NCBI RefSeq assembly: GCF_009914755.1
Contig: NC_060936.1
From: the human T2T-CHM13v2.0 reference genome, Homo sapiens
Length of the DNA: 64,000 nucleotides
Direction: 5' to 3' (one strand)
Shown here: positions 17,349-52,880 of the stretch, one piece after another
How positions within the stretch are numbered: position 1 is the first letter of the stretch
Layout: each line of letters begins with the position of its first letter
Program-made: the position numbers and the translations under genes
Notes under the pieces: model-generated
Told to the model about the DNA's origin: nothing
The model's input: only the letters and a program-made list of their open reading frames with translations
The model's database searches: none

Positions 17349-18453
17349 ACCTAAGGTACCTCCGCCAAATCTAGATTCCTGGGTTCCACCCTAGACTATA
17401 CATCATAAACTTAAGGGAAAGAGCCTGGGAATCCGTGTAACAACACATTAGGAAATTCCTATTACGCAAGGTTGGGACATATACCTCTAGAGAGAACATT
17501 ATATTTGAGGAATTTAGAACTATTAAAAGATAGTCAACATCAAAAGTCATTTTCTGAATTAACTGAAATAGTAAGGCATAATTTACCTTGAAAAGACACC
17601 TCCACACATGGCAAAGTTTATCCTGAAAAAGGTATGTTCAAAAAAAGGAAAGAATTTAAAACGGAGAAATAATGTATTTCTTCTATTCTAAGACACAATG
17701 GATTGTAAAATAATAGCATACATTTCTCAAAACAGTTACATACCACTTTCCTTTTCAGAATCTGATAAAAGTTTGAACTGAAACTTTCTTAACATTCAAA
17801 GTCTAGTGATTTTTCTGAACTTTTGGCCATCTCCAGTTATGCAATAGTATCAAACATGTCACTTCTCAAAGTCAGAATTCTGTTCTTTTTGACATCTTTG
17901 GGACTGACAGCATAATTCTGAGGCAAATAAAAGAACATCTGAGAATCCTCTGAATTTTGTCTTTAAACTCAGTTTCATCTTTCCTCAAATAGATGTCCCT
18001 AGAAATTAAGCAGTTTCTCTTAAAAATAAGGAACGTTTTTTAAAACATTAGTGCTTGAGTGATAATCCATCCTAAGTCATGAGTCAGTCATAGGTAACCT
18101 CCATTATCTCTCAAACTCTACAATGTACTCCTAAGATTTAGCAATTTCTATTGCTTTTAACTGTATTATTTATCTTGGAACAGGCTATTTCCTACATATA
18201 AAATAATCCTTGTAGCACACTCTTTTTGAGAAAGATACAGAAAATAATTACATATCTAAATGTAACTTAAAATTCAGCCATGTGTAATGTTGTCAGTGCA
18301 AATAACTTTAATCTGATGATAAATGGTTGAAAAGACACCTCCATGCATGGCAAAGTTTATATATATGCAGGCAATGACATCTGCGACAGCACTTGGTGAA
18401 TTTCTTTTGACATTAAGAACTACAAAGGACCATCAAAAATATTTAATGGTGTA

Positions 18454-19848
<1,395 letters not shown>

Positions 19849-20019
19849 AATGGTGTGGTAATTTCTAAGGAAAATCAATAAAATAATATTTTCATATACA
19901 TCTGAAGTGTAATATTAATAACTTTTCACAGAAATACTGAAGTAATCTTAAAGGCTGTGGAGGTGCCATAGCGACTGCTATAATTCAGTCAATTCACTGG
20001 CTCCCAAGTTTACCACACC

Positions 20020-20480
20020 TAACATCTGTTCATAATGAAAAATTTTAAGTCTCTTCATTATATTGAAATTATATTAATAGTCTACATAACTTAAAAAATT
20101 ACAATGTCCTAACTATAATATGGGGAATAAAGAAAAGGAAGCTGATTCATAATAAAACACTATTTAATATATTAAAACTCGAGCACCAATACACTAGGAA
20201 ATAACATGATATAATAAAATGCTTGCATCAATTTGAAACATCACCATGAATGTGACAGCAACAAATGCAGACTGAATCAGGTGTGTCGAATGGTGACTAC
20301 GATACCATGAGGAGTACTGCTGTAGGTGATGCATTCTACCAAAATGGCAAACTCTTGGTAAAGCCTTAAATGAAAAAACATTACTCACTCCTTGATTTAC
20401 ACAACAGTGCCATTCATAGAAAATGTAGTTTATCATGTAAAAAATGATTTGTGTTTATATGTAAAATATTTTAGACTTAA
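20020..20480 (-). mobile_element. MER119-like hAT element
   Basis: catcaccatgaatgtgacagcaacaaatgcagactga...actcttggtaaag...ccttgatttacac...tttgtgtttatatgtaaaat. Confidence 0.55.
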
Positions 20481-20504
20481 TTAAAGGAGCTTCAAACACC
20501 ATAT

Positions 20505-20682
20505 GAGACAGAATAGTTATTCGCTGTAGCACTTTCCTGCACACTGCAAGACATCTAGCAGACCTAAACCCTGTCCATTAAATGCCTGTAACGACCTCTA
20601 CTATGGTGCCAAACAAAAATGTTCTCATGAATTTCAAAAATGCACACCAGAGAATGGTATTACCACAGCTGAGAACTACTGA
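20505..20682. mobile_element. MER20-like element
   Basis: cctgcacactgcaagacatctagcag...aaaaatgttctc...gctgagaactactga. Confidence 0.6.
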
Positions 20683-21201
20683 GCTAAACGGGTATATATG
20701 ACTAGGTTGGATATTTTAAAAATCCTTTGCTTGCTACTATTTACTTCTTATGTTAGCATTTTCGCTACTACACAGTATGACTTTGTAGCTGCAATTCACC
20801 ATAATGGATCAACAGAAAAGTAGTTATGAAAATGGAAACTACTACATCTAAGCATACTACAAATATATGTGATTAAACATGACTCAAGTACAAACAAGAA
20901 TGAGAACATATATGTTCTGGAACAAACAAATTTCAAATGTGATGATTTCAAATACACAGCTGAGAATCCAAAAATAGGAATATCTGAAAACTGGATTTCA
21001 CTGGACCAGAAACTACTCACACTAGCATGTTGTCCAAAATGAAAATTTGTCAGTGACATAAAGCCATTGAATCTTTCATACTGTTTTCAACAAATGTAAC
21101 CAAAAATGTTTAGCTTACTGTAAAGGATGCAGACCGTAAAAGAAACGTTCAGTTTTAAATTATATTGTCAACATGGAAAAAAGAACACATCTTCAGATTC
21201 A

Positions 21202-21528
<327 letters not shown>

Positions 21529-21559
21529 GATACAAAGATAAATGCAAAAATCAAACTGG

Positions 21560-22370
<811 letters not shown>

Positions 22371-22449
22371 AGAAAAAAAGCTGGCAAAGTAGAAAGCAGA
22401 ACTGACATAAAATCTGTTGACAAATGAAAGTGATAAATCACTGAAAGTA

Positions 22450-23300
<851 letters not shown>

Positions 23301-24841
23301 TATTAACAAAATTTAAACAGGAGGACTCTCAATTCGGAACATGAAGTTGTAACTGCTACAGTAACTGTCCTCCCACTATAAACAGCTAGAAAACCAGACA
23401 ATACACATGAAATAACAAGTTTTAGACACTGGGCAAAAAGTAGCACAAGACTGTGATCCCCCTCCAGGGAAAGGAAAAAAGAAGGTAAATTTTATGACTA
23501 ACCAAACTTAAAGCCTGGAGACAACTCCCAGGCTTCATACTTCAGGGACAGAACACTGAAACCAAATCCAAGGGTCTCAATGCACTGAGGAGCCAACAGA
23601 GCTGGGGGAAGCTGAGGCAGCCAGAATTTGCAGGACCCAGTACTGGAGAAGCGGGGGCTGCATGCAGAGGGCTCCGGAGGTCTGGCAGAAGGGTTCCTTT
23701 CAGTCTCGGATCTCCAAGTGCTTGAGAGGAAGTCTCCCCAAGGTCAGGGAACAATCTACTGGAAAGCAATAGGGCCAACACTTCCCAGAGCTCCCACAGG
23801 GCTGGTCACTCTGACCATGAAAAAAGCACGGGGCCTTAGAAGGATCAACACCTTAGTAGGGGGGCCAAGTTAGTCCAAGGATTAAAGGCCGCTATTACTA
23901 GCCACAAAAACCTTAAAAGTAAGCTTCACAAGGATCAAACTGATCCAAACATTACTTATCTGTGTGACCAAATACAATCTGACAGTCTTTAGAGGAATAC
24001 AGCAAATCCAGTGTTCAGCAATATAAAATTCACAATGTCCAGGCATACGAAGAAGTGAAAAAGACCCATATCCAGATGAAAAATTAATTGAAATAAATCT
24101 ACAAATGATAGAAATAATGGAATTAGAACACAAGGACGTTAAAACAAACAATATACAGTTCATATGAATGTGATGTGGAAAGGAGACAAATAGTTTTTCT
24201 GACCCAAATGGAAACTGTAAAGATTTTAAAAGTACAGTATCTCAAATGAAAAACACATTGGCTGAGAGTAACAGCAGATGAGACCCCCTGCAGAAGGAAA
24301 GATGGTTTAACTTGAAGACACAGCAGTAAAAAGTACCCACAGTGAAGACTGAAAAAATATTAACAAAGCCTAAGTAACCTGTGGAACACGATCAAGTGGT
24401 CTAACACAGCTGAACTAGAATACAGGAAGGGCAAAAGGGAAAGCAGAAAAAAAATTTGAAGAAATAACGGCTGCAAATTTCATAATATAATGAAAACCAT
24501 AAACTCACAGATCTAAGAAACTCAAAAAGCCCCAAACAAAAGAAACATACATAAAACCACATCAAGGCACATCATAACCAAAGTGCTAAAAATCAGTGGT
24601 AAAAAGAAAAACTTCAAGTGTCCAGAAGGAAAAGGCCGTATTATTCAGAGAAACAAAAATAAAAATGAGTCCGCGCACAGTGGCTTACACCTGCAATCCC
24701 AGCACTTTGGGAGGCTGAGGTGGGTGGATCATGAGGTCAGGAGTTCCAGACCAGCCTGACCAACATGTGAAACCCCGTCTCTAATAAAAATACAAAAATT
24801 AGCTGGGTGTGGTGGCACGTGCCTGTAATCCCAGCTACTCA

Positions 24842-24958
<117 letters not shown>

Positions 24959-25382
24959 TTAATTAATTAATTAAAAAATGAAATTAGAAATCATGCAGCA
25001 AGAAGAAAATGGGAGATCTTTAAAGTACTGAAGGAAAAAAAGTCAATATAAACTTCTTCACCCAGTGATACATAGTTTTCAAATATGGAGACAAAATACT
25101 TTAGACCAATAAAAGCTGAGATAATTCATTATCAGCAGAACCCTACTACAACTAATGTTAAAGGAATTTCTCCACACAGAAGAAAAATACCAGATGGAAA
25201 TGTGCATCTACAAAAAGAAATGAAGAGTGAAAGAAATGGTAAATATGGCCAGGCGTGGTGGCTCACGCCTGTAATCCCAGCACTTAGGAAGACCGAGGAA
25301 GGCGAATCACCTGAGGCCAGGAGATCGAGACCAACCTGGCCAACATGGTGAAACCCCATCTCTACTAAAAATATAAAAATTA

Positions 25383-25583
<201 letters not shown>

Positions 25584-25664
25584 TTAAAACAAAAATAATA
25601 ATGTATTGTGTAACATAACATACAAAGAATTAAAATGCCTGATAACAGCAGCACAAAGGCAGCA

Positions 25665-26331
25665 GTGTGGTAGACTATATTTTCCAAAGACTGCCTCCTT
25701 TCCCAGCCCACATGCCTTGCTTCCAATATGGCATCAATATTCCTGTCGATGTCACACTGGAAGCAGAGCATGTGGGCTGGGATACGAGAGGGTGTGTGTG
25801 ATGTGGGGGAGAGTTTGGGATAGGAGAGGATGTGTGAGTGTGAGTGTGTGTGTGTGTGCTGGTGGGGTAGGAGGTGGTTATGCACCTTCTCCTTGAATTC
25901 AGACAAACCTCCGTAACTGCCTCCACCTAAAAAATATAGCAGAAGTGACACTAGTCAAGGCTGGGTCACAAAAGCCAATATAGCTTCTATTTGGCTCTCT
26001 TCTCTTAGGACATTTGCCTTTGGAACCCAACTACCAGATTGTAAGAAAATTTAGGCCACATAAAAAGGTCATGTGCACGGGTTCCGGCCAACAGACTAAG
26101 CTAAGGTCTGAGCCAGCATCAACTGCTTAACATGCAAGTGGGTAAACCTTCAGATACTCCCAGCCCCCAGCTTTGAGCTGCCTCAGCAGAGGACACAGGC
26201 ATCATGAAGCAAAGACAGAACATCTCTGCTGTGCCCCATCCAAATGCCTAACCCACAGACTAAATTGGCAATAGTGTTGTTTTAAGGCACTAATTACTGG
26301 TGGCCTTTTATGCCATGAAAATAACTAAAAC
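25665..26331 (+). mobile_element. MLT1G/H-type MaLR LTR
   Basis: tgtggtagactatattttccaaaga...gcagaagtgacact...cccagcccccagc...tgttgttttaaggcactaa...ataactaaaaca. Confidence 0.8.
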
Positions 26332-27470
26332 AGAAAAAAATTAAAATAGAAAAAATTTAAAATTTTTAAAATTATGCTTAAGTTACAGGTGAAATAGTAT
26401 AACATTATTTCAACATAGATGGTGATGAAGATGCATACTATACACCCTGTATCAACCACTAAAAATATAAAACAAAGATGTGAAGCTAGTAAATCAAGAA
26501 CAGACCAGCCTGGCCAACATGGTGAAACCCCATCTCTACTAAAAATGCAAAAAATTAGCCAAGCATGGTGGCGGACGCCCGTAATCCCAACTACTCCAGA
26601 GGCTGAGGCAGGAGAATTGTTTGAACCCCTGAGGTGAAGGTTGCAGTCAGCCGAGACTGTGCCACTGCCCTCTAGCCTGGGCGACAGAGACTCCATTTCA
26701 AAAAAAAAAAAAAGAGATAAAATGGAATCACAAAAATACTTCATGTTTTAAAAAGGCAGGAAAACATGGAAAAGGAGAAAAAAGATGAAAAATAAATTCC
26801 AAGAAGGAAAAAAATTTTAACATAAGCATATCAATAATTACATCAAATGTAAATGATACACCTAGTCTAAAAGGCAGATTGTCAAACTGGACAAAAAAGT
26901 AAGATCCGGCCACATGCTATGTATAAGAAACATAGTTTAAATATAAATACACAGATTAAAAAGATAAAGAAAATACATACACCATACAGGCACTAAGCTG
27001 GAGTGGTGTCAATATCAACAAAGTAGACTTTGGAACAAGGAATATTAGGAGGGATATTACAAAATGATTAGTGATTGGCAAAACAAACAGACCCCCCCCC
27101 ACCCAAATCACCAAGGACTACTGACCAACTTGACTTCACAGATACTTATACAATATTTCACCCAGTAACAGCAGAATATACATTATTTTCAAGTGTACTT
27201 AAAACATTCACCAACATGGATCATATTCTAGACCACCAAAAACACACAACCTCCATCCCTCAATTTAAAAAGACTGAAATAATACAAAGCATATTCTCTA
27301 ACTACAGGAGAATTAAACTAGAAATTAACAGAAGAAAAAACACTTCTAAATAACTCATGGGTCAAAGGAAATAATAAGGGAAATTAGAAAATATTTTGAC
27401 TTGAATGGGCCAGGCACAGTGGCTCACGCCTGTAATCTCAGCACTTTGGGAGGCTGAGGCGGGCAGATCA

Positions 27471-27793
<323 letters not shown>

Positions 27794-27878
27794 TTAGAGG
27801 GAAACGTATAATTTTCAATACCTATACTGGAAAAAAAGAAAGTTTTCAAATTAATGATCTAAGCTTCTACCTTGAGAA

Positions 27879-27917
<39 letters not shown>
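27879..27917. repeat. (CA)n microsatellite
   Basis: Read directly from sequence. Confidence 0.95.
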
Positions 27918-27919
<2 letters not shown>

Positions 27920-28535
27920 TTAAATGCAAAGAAAGAAGGACGTGATAAACATGAGTGCAGACATCAAAAAAATGGAAAAACACTAGAGAAAAAGCAATGA
28001 AACTAAAAGCAATTCTTTGAAAAGATAAAATCATCTAGCTAAACTGATCAGGAGAAAGGGAGAAGTACAAATTACTAACACTAGGAATGAAAGAAGGAAC
28101 ATCACAACAGACGTTACAAACATTTAAAAGGTAGAAAAAAAAACCTATAAACTTATACAAACAACAAATTAGACTACGTAGATGAAATGGAAAGAGACAA
28201 ACTACCAATTTCAACATAAATTGGGATAAAGATACATACAAACCCTAAATCAATATATAGCCTAAACAGGCCAATATCTGGTAACAAAATTGAAATTGTA
28301 GCTTAAAATCCTCCCACAAAGAAAACTCCAAGTCCAGATGACTTCACTAGTGATCTACCAACCATTTGAAGAAAGAATTATCAATTCTACACCATCTTCC
28401 AGAAGAGGACAGAAAACACTTCCCAACTCATTCTATAAGGCCAGCATTACCCTGATACCAAAACCAAAGACCTAAAAAAATCACAGACCAGTGTGTCTCA
28501 TGAATAGAGACATGAAAATCTGTAACAAAATGTTA

Positions 28536-29115
<580 letters not shown>

Positions 29116-29907
29116 TTAAACAGGAAAATAAAAATATCAGAGTGAGAAATAAGAAAGGAATTGTAAAGGCCAAAATAAAATGTATTTCTACATACCAGTA
29201 ATGACCAGCTAGGAAAAAAATGAAATATCTTAATTAAAACAACAAAAAGTATAAAATATTTGGTAATTAATGTAGTATTTAAAAAACAAAAAACAAAAAA
29301 CAAAAACTTGGTCAGTTGCAGAGAAGGAATATACCAGAATATCATGAAGATTTTGTCCCAGTTAAGTAACAGCTGTAACATACTTCCAATGAAATCATTA
29401 ACAAGATACTTTACGGAACTTGGGAAAACTTGGAAAAATAAGTGGGCAAAAATATCAAAGAACACTCTGTAAAAACATAAAGATAGGATTAGCCCTACTG
29501 AATACTAAAAGCAATGCCTAATCAAGGGATTGGGTCTCAATTCAGCTGATAAATGACTTTCTCTTACAAGCTAAACGCTAATGGGCTGCTGATTCATTCA
29601 TTTGCTGACCATCTCTGACACGAGTTTCTGTTCAATATTTAAATAATACGCCCATAATAGAGACAATCTTTCATTTCCTATATCACAGCTTATGTTTATC
29701 AGTGGCAGAGCTAAAATGAACAATTCAGGACCAAGATAAAATCCTTAAACTCAAAGCCCATATGTAAGAAGTATTGCTGGTCAAAAATTATTTTTTCTTA
29801 AATTATCTATGCCTTAAATCCTTCTGTTGTGTTATCTTACCATATCATACACACTGAAATAAAGCTACAGCCTTGCATTCCTTGTAGGGTTAAGAATAAG
29901 ACGATAA

Positions 29908-30252
<345 letters not shown>

Positions 30253-31304
30253 TTAATACCTGTCATGTAGACAGGGGAAGCTGCAGTCACATGCAATTCA
30301 CCTCTGGAAAAGCACATTACTTTTGAGTTACATCATCACAGCAGACTTTTAAGTATAAACTGACATTCCTCATCTCCCCCGCTCCAAAAGCTGCACACCT
30401 GGTCTGTGTTAGAGAATTCTACGGACTGATTCTCTTCTTCACCTAGTTAGGATTTAACTTACTGTCCTTTGATTTGAAACAAGAAAATAGAATGCAACTG
30501 TGAGTGGTACTTCCCAAAATAATGTTAAAGGAGAACTGTTCCAGGTATTGTTAACACGCTGAGCAAACTCTTCCCTTAAGCAAGTAAGCGTCTTAATATT
30601 TAAAGCAAAATTAAACAGAGATTTTTACCGCCCAACTTCTCATAGCTCATAATATGCTAATTCAGACCAAATTTCCAAGAGAGGGATTTAATATGCAGCC
30701 TTTTTCAAGCTTACTTGATTAAAGGTTCTCATTATCACAGAGAACCATTAATTGCAGAGTCAAAAATACCTGTGTTCAAATGCTACATGTGCCACTCATT
30801 AACTATAAAATCTTGGGTAAGTAATCAGTTTTTCATCTGTAAAATGGGAAAAACACCACCTACATTTCAGGGGACTGATTTAAAGGTAAAAGTTATATAT
30901 ATACACATGCAGTCAAATGTGGATTTAAAAAACTTACATATATATACAGAGTTTAACAATGTGCCTCACAAATTTTCAATAAAGTTGCAATCTGCCCTAA
31001 AAGCAGAAGTTGGTGATACTTGGAATTCCCATACTCCACCTCTGTTCCCTGCTTTTATCTTTTTTTTTTTTTCACTTTTCATTCCTCGGTTTAACAATCC
31101 TACTTGATTTTCTTTTAATTTTAACTGTTAGTGAAGGGAGCCATGTTCAAAAGCTTTCCTACATATTGACTCACACCACTCAACAGGCTACTGGAGGACA
31201 GGATGAAAAAAAAACACTGGGGCTGAGACACATTATTGAGTGAAAAAAGCCAGATAACGAATCTCAGCGTATATGGTACACTACTATCCTATTAAAAATG
31301 AATT

Positions 31305-33520
<2,216 letters not shown>

Positions 33521-33825
33521 ACAGGGGTACTGCATAGGACTTTGTATACACATGTGTTTTCATGCACACATTTCTAGAAAGATAGAAAGAAAACTGGTTA
33601 TAAGCTTTCTTGAGACAGGGCAACTGGAAGATCAGGAATAAAAGTGATATAATAAAAACTAGAGAGATTGAATACAGTGGTCTCCTATGTATCCACAAAA
33701 ACTGATTATATATTAAATGGTATCAAAAGACATTCAAGATATATTTAATTTTAAAAAGCATATAACAAAACACTATTTACCATTTTAACATTACTTTCAT
33801 AAACACACATACAAAAACAATCTCC

Positions 33826-35430
<1,605 letters not shown>

Positions 35431-36898
35431 CATAAAAATGAAAGCACAGTATAAACCTGTTCCTGCTTTTGTGTAAAAAATGATCTACAGTTCCTATATG
35501 TAATGCCCAAAAGGGTAACATGAAATGTTACCATAAATTTTCTAAGTAAGTTAAATATTAGGTAATTAGGATTTTTCTTTTTTTACTTCTATTTGGGATT
35601 TCTGGGTTTCAACAACTTGTATAATTTAAAAAAAAAAAAAACCAACTGTCACAATATATGGATTTTTTTTAAACCTGAAAGATATGCAACAAATTTAATG
35701 AAAGATCTCTCTGTGTTGGTAGAATTGTGGGTAGTTTTTCTATTCTTTTTGTGTTTATCTACACTTTTCAATATTTTCACCAATAAAATATGGTATTACA
35801 GTTTCATAATTCCTTATCTGACACCCTTATGGCTGGAGATGTTTCAAAATTATGGCTAGAGTTTTTTTGGGTTTTTTTTTTGGGGGTTTTTTTTTTTTTT
35901 TTTGGCTTTCAGAAAGGTAACAATGGTGTGTGAAGTGGGTGACAAGTCACACCTATTCAATAAATAGATACTAGAAATAACTTCAGTTAAGGTCTTGTTT
36001 TGTTACCAAAGAGGTCTAAACCAGATTTTATCCCCTAAAGGAATGGCATTATTTAGTGTAAGTAAGGCTTCCAATTCCGCCCCTACTGGTCCAACTAATT
36101 TGGAGCTTAATCACTGCAGACTGCACTCAGTTGGGAACAAACAAAAAAACCCTTATATTAATACTTTGTAATACCAACAAATCAAAGCATTTCAAACTCA
36201 ACTAAAAGACATTTCTTTCTTAGTAAGGCTAAGGCTTTCAGACACATTTCAAAAATGAAGCTAATGAACAAGTGTCAAAGTATAAAATATTTGGAAATTA
36301 TCAAAATAATAATGTATACAAAAACTCAACAGAACCACCAAATAAACTGATTAAAAAGATAGTACCACTTACGGTGTTCTTTAATTCCATAATTGTGCAC
36401 GGGACCTACAACACATAAGTATTTCACATGGCCTTCAAATTCAAACAAATCAGTGAACTCACAAATGGGCCCTGGGTCCATATTATCACAAATGCCAGGG
36501 TATAGCATGTAAATTAAGTCATGATCGTTGTTCTCTTGGTCAGAATACCATTTATGGACTCCAACTCAAAAGCATGTGAGTACCACTTAGAATAACTACA
36601 TGTCCTTAAGGCATCTAATAGTCAGTAATAATGCAATGGTCAAATCCTGTTAAAGTATTTGTATCTAAACATGCAAGTGCCCATAAAAAGTTGTTTTTTT
36701 AATCCTCTGTCACTGGAGCACTGATCAGCTATCCCTATCTTCAACCATCCTTGAGGCAATGACCTACAACTATGGTTACTAAGGGATCACAACTCAATTG
36801 CCTCCAGGAGCTAGGTAAACAGCATAAATGAGTGAGGTAGAGATTCAGTGTACAGTAAACAGAAAGTGATGGGGACTCAGCCAAATTAGAAAATGTAA

Positions 36899-37222
<324 letters not shown>

Positions 37223-37910
37223 AAAAAAAAAAAAATTTTTTTTTTCCAAATTCAGTCCTTCTAGTAATCAACTGACTGACTAGGAGACACAATCTATACA
37301 ACAGCCCACTCTGAAATCTCCTTGTCTCTAAATTGTCTTAATTACATCTGCTGGCATTTGACACCCAGTCTCTAACACTATAAACTTCTGAAGAAAAAGG
37401 ATGTGGTTTATTCTATTTTAGTTACTATAGCAGAGCCCCAAAAGGCATAAAGTCATTCATTAAACACAGAGATCAAATTCACAACCTTACTCTGTCTAAC
37501 CAAGTGAGCTGTGTGGTTAGGCAGTACAAGTGGTATATAACTGATACACAACAGGCCAAAGCAGACCTTGAACACCTATAACCATCAGAACAAGGACCAA
37601 ACGATAACAGTTCCAACAGATTTACTTGCTGAGAACTATAGAATCTGGTACATCTCTAATGAGGAGGGAGGCAATTTTCTTCCTCCTGTGAATTTAACTG
37701 CTCGCAACCAAAAATCTGAGCTATGAGGAGCTTCCTCTCTGAAACCCTCTAAACACCCTCTTCCCCACTGAAAGAAAACCCGGCAGTAACAATATAAAAC
37801 TAAAGAACTAGAAATACAGACTGATCACACACTCATCTGTTTTTCCTAAAGACACACAGATCATACATGTGAGCAAAAATCTAGATCATAAGTATTTACC
37901 ACCTCTGGAA

Positions 37911-38428
<518 letters not shown>

Positions 38429-38869
38429 TCTAGAAAAGGTAGTATTTTACAACTAACTCCTCCAGTGATTATCCTCCTGGCAAAGAACTGACACATCAAG
38501 GCACCCCTCACCGCCACTTCCACCCACCAAACCTTCAGTCATGAAACCACTCCTAGTCCCAAGCTTACTGATGATGCAGCAGGTTGCCAGAGTAATTCGG
38601 TTAATCACTTAACCAAAGGGAAGAAACTAGTTTAACAATTATCTGAGGCTAATTTCTTTCTAAATTATTCCAGCACGCAAAAGAAATAAGAAGTAGCCTG
38701 AAGAAAAATCTGTGAACCAAAGGTGTACTAAATTTTTGTTCTTGACACAAGATTTTTAGTTGACTAAAACAGAGGTTCAACTTTGGTAGTACACTTCTAA
38801 AAACAATCAGACCTAACATTTTAAACTACTGCTTTTTTCCTCTACAAACCCTTAATTAAATATAAACAC

Positions 38870-40225
38870 TACACAAATAAAACCACAATGAGATATGACT
38901 TTACACTCACTAGGATAGCTATAATTTAAAAGACAATAACAAGTGTTGGTGAAGACGTGGAGAAATTAGAATCTCACACATTGCTGGTGGTAATGTAAAA
39001 TGGTGCAGCCGTTTTGGAAAGCTGTTTGGCAGTTTATCAAAATGTTAAAAACAGAAACTATGAGCCAGCAACTTTACTCCAAAGTATTCACCCAAGAGAA
39101 ATAAAAACATACATCTGCACAAAAACTTGTATACAAATGTTCATCGCATAACTATTACTATTTTTGGTTTTTTTAGACAGAGTCTTGCTCTGTTGCCCAG
39201 GCTGGAGTGCAGTGGCACCATCTCTGCTCACTGCAACCTCTGCCTCTTGCGTTCAAGTGATTCTCCTACCTCAGCCTCCTGAGTAGCTGGGATTACAGGC
39301 GTCCACCACCACGCCCAGCTAATTTTCGTATTTTTAGTAGAGACAGGGTTTCACCACGTTGGCCAGGCTGGTCTCGAACTCCTAATCTCAGGTGATCCAC
39401 CTGCCTCAGCCTTTCAAAGTGCTGGGATTACAGGCATGAGCCACCACACCTGGCCCCACGTTATTCATAGCAGCCAAAATGCGGAAACTACCCAAATGCC
39501 TGTCAACTAATGAGTGCATAAGCTGAATGTGGTATAAAAAAGGAAAATTATTTGGCAATAAAGAGAATGAAGCATTGACACATGCTACAACATGGATGAG
39601 CCTTAAAAACACTGTGCTAAGTGCAAGCAGCCAGAAACAAAACAAAAGCTATGTATCATTCGATTAACAGAAAAAGAACAAATCCGTAGAGGCCAAAAGC
39701 AGACTAGTGGCTGCCAAGGGCTGGGGAGAAGGGTAATGAGCAGTAACTGCTAATATGTACAGTTTCTTTTGGGATGAAGAAAATGTTATAAAAATGATTG
39801 TGGTGACGACTGCCCAACTCTGTAGATATAATAAAAACTACTTAATTGTACACTTTAAATGACTGAATTGTACAGTATGTGAATTATATCTTATATTTTA
39901 TTTTTTGAGACCGGGTCTTGCTTTGTCACCCAGGGCGGAGTACAATGGGTGCAATCTCAGCTCACTGCAACCTCCACCTCCTGGGCTCAGGCGATTCTCC
40001 TGCCTCAGCCTCCCGAGTAAATAGCTGGGATTACAGGTTCATGCCACCTCACCTGGCTAATTTTTGCATTTTTAGTAGAGATGGGGTTTCGTCATGTTGG
40101 CGAGGCTGGTCTTGAACCCCTGACCTCGGGTGAACTGCCCACCTCAGCCTCCGGAAATGCTGAGATTACAGGCATGAGCCACCACACCCGGCCCGTGAAT
40201 TATATCTTTCAAAAGCTATTTATAA
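38870..40225 (+). mobile_element. L1M 3' end with two antisense Alus (39160-39455, 39895-40193)
   Basis: aaaaccacaatgagatatg...acattgctggtggtaatgtaaaatggtgcagcc; Alu TSD gtgaattatatctt. Confidence 0.85.
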
Positions 40226-40362
40226 AATATAAACATCAGAATGAAAAACACAATGCCACAGAAAGGGACTTCTATGAAATGTGCCTATATGAAATGCTTC
40301 ATTTTAGAAGAGCATGAAAAAGCGATAAGTAGCCCTATTGAAACAGAAGAGGGAACTTTAAC

Positions 40363-40822
40363 TGTGGTAGATTGCATTAGAGGCATTAATTCCTCATCCT
40401 TTCCAGGATCTATTCCTTAGCCATATGATTTTGCAGTTCTTCCCACTAATGGGCGTAAGATTTATTTTTGTGGCTCCTTGACTTTGGCTTCAACCATATG
40501 ACTTGCTTTGGCCAAAAGAATGGAGCAGAAATGGCAGTGTGCCAGTTCTAAGCCTAAACCTTAAGAGGTCTCACCTTGCCCTCTTGTGCCCCTGGCACTG
40601 CCTAGAGAAGAGCTTCCCCTATGTGGCTGCTGCCCATTCACTCTGGGCCTAAAATGAACACACTTGAAGCGGAGTCATCTCAATCAACTTACAGATCGGA
40701 AGAAGCAGAGTTGCACCAGCCAATCTGTAGATTCATAAGTATATTTTATTGTTATTTTAATCCACTGAGTTTTGGTATAATTTGTCATGCAGTGTTATTG
40801 TGGCAATAGCTAACTGATATAG
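40363..40822 (+). mobile_element. MLT1I/J-type MaLR LTR
   Basis: tgtggtagattgc...tgacttgctttggccaa...gcagaaatggcagtgtgccagttctaagcctaa...tattgtggcaatagctaactgata. Confidence 0.78.
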
Positions 40823-40996
40823 TCACCAATTCTCCCACTGTGTTATGAAGAGGTCCTACAAATTAAATAGTGATTGTTATAAGGTAGGTCCAGCCTAACA
40901 CCTTGAATAATAGTTTTTCACTTAACATAAGACAACCATAAACGATGTTTAATGCTTGTCCCTTTAGGCTCTTAACTGAGGACTGATAGCAATTTA

Positions 40997-52880
<11,884 letters not shown>

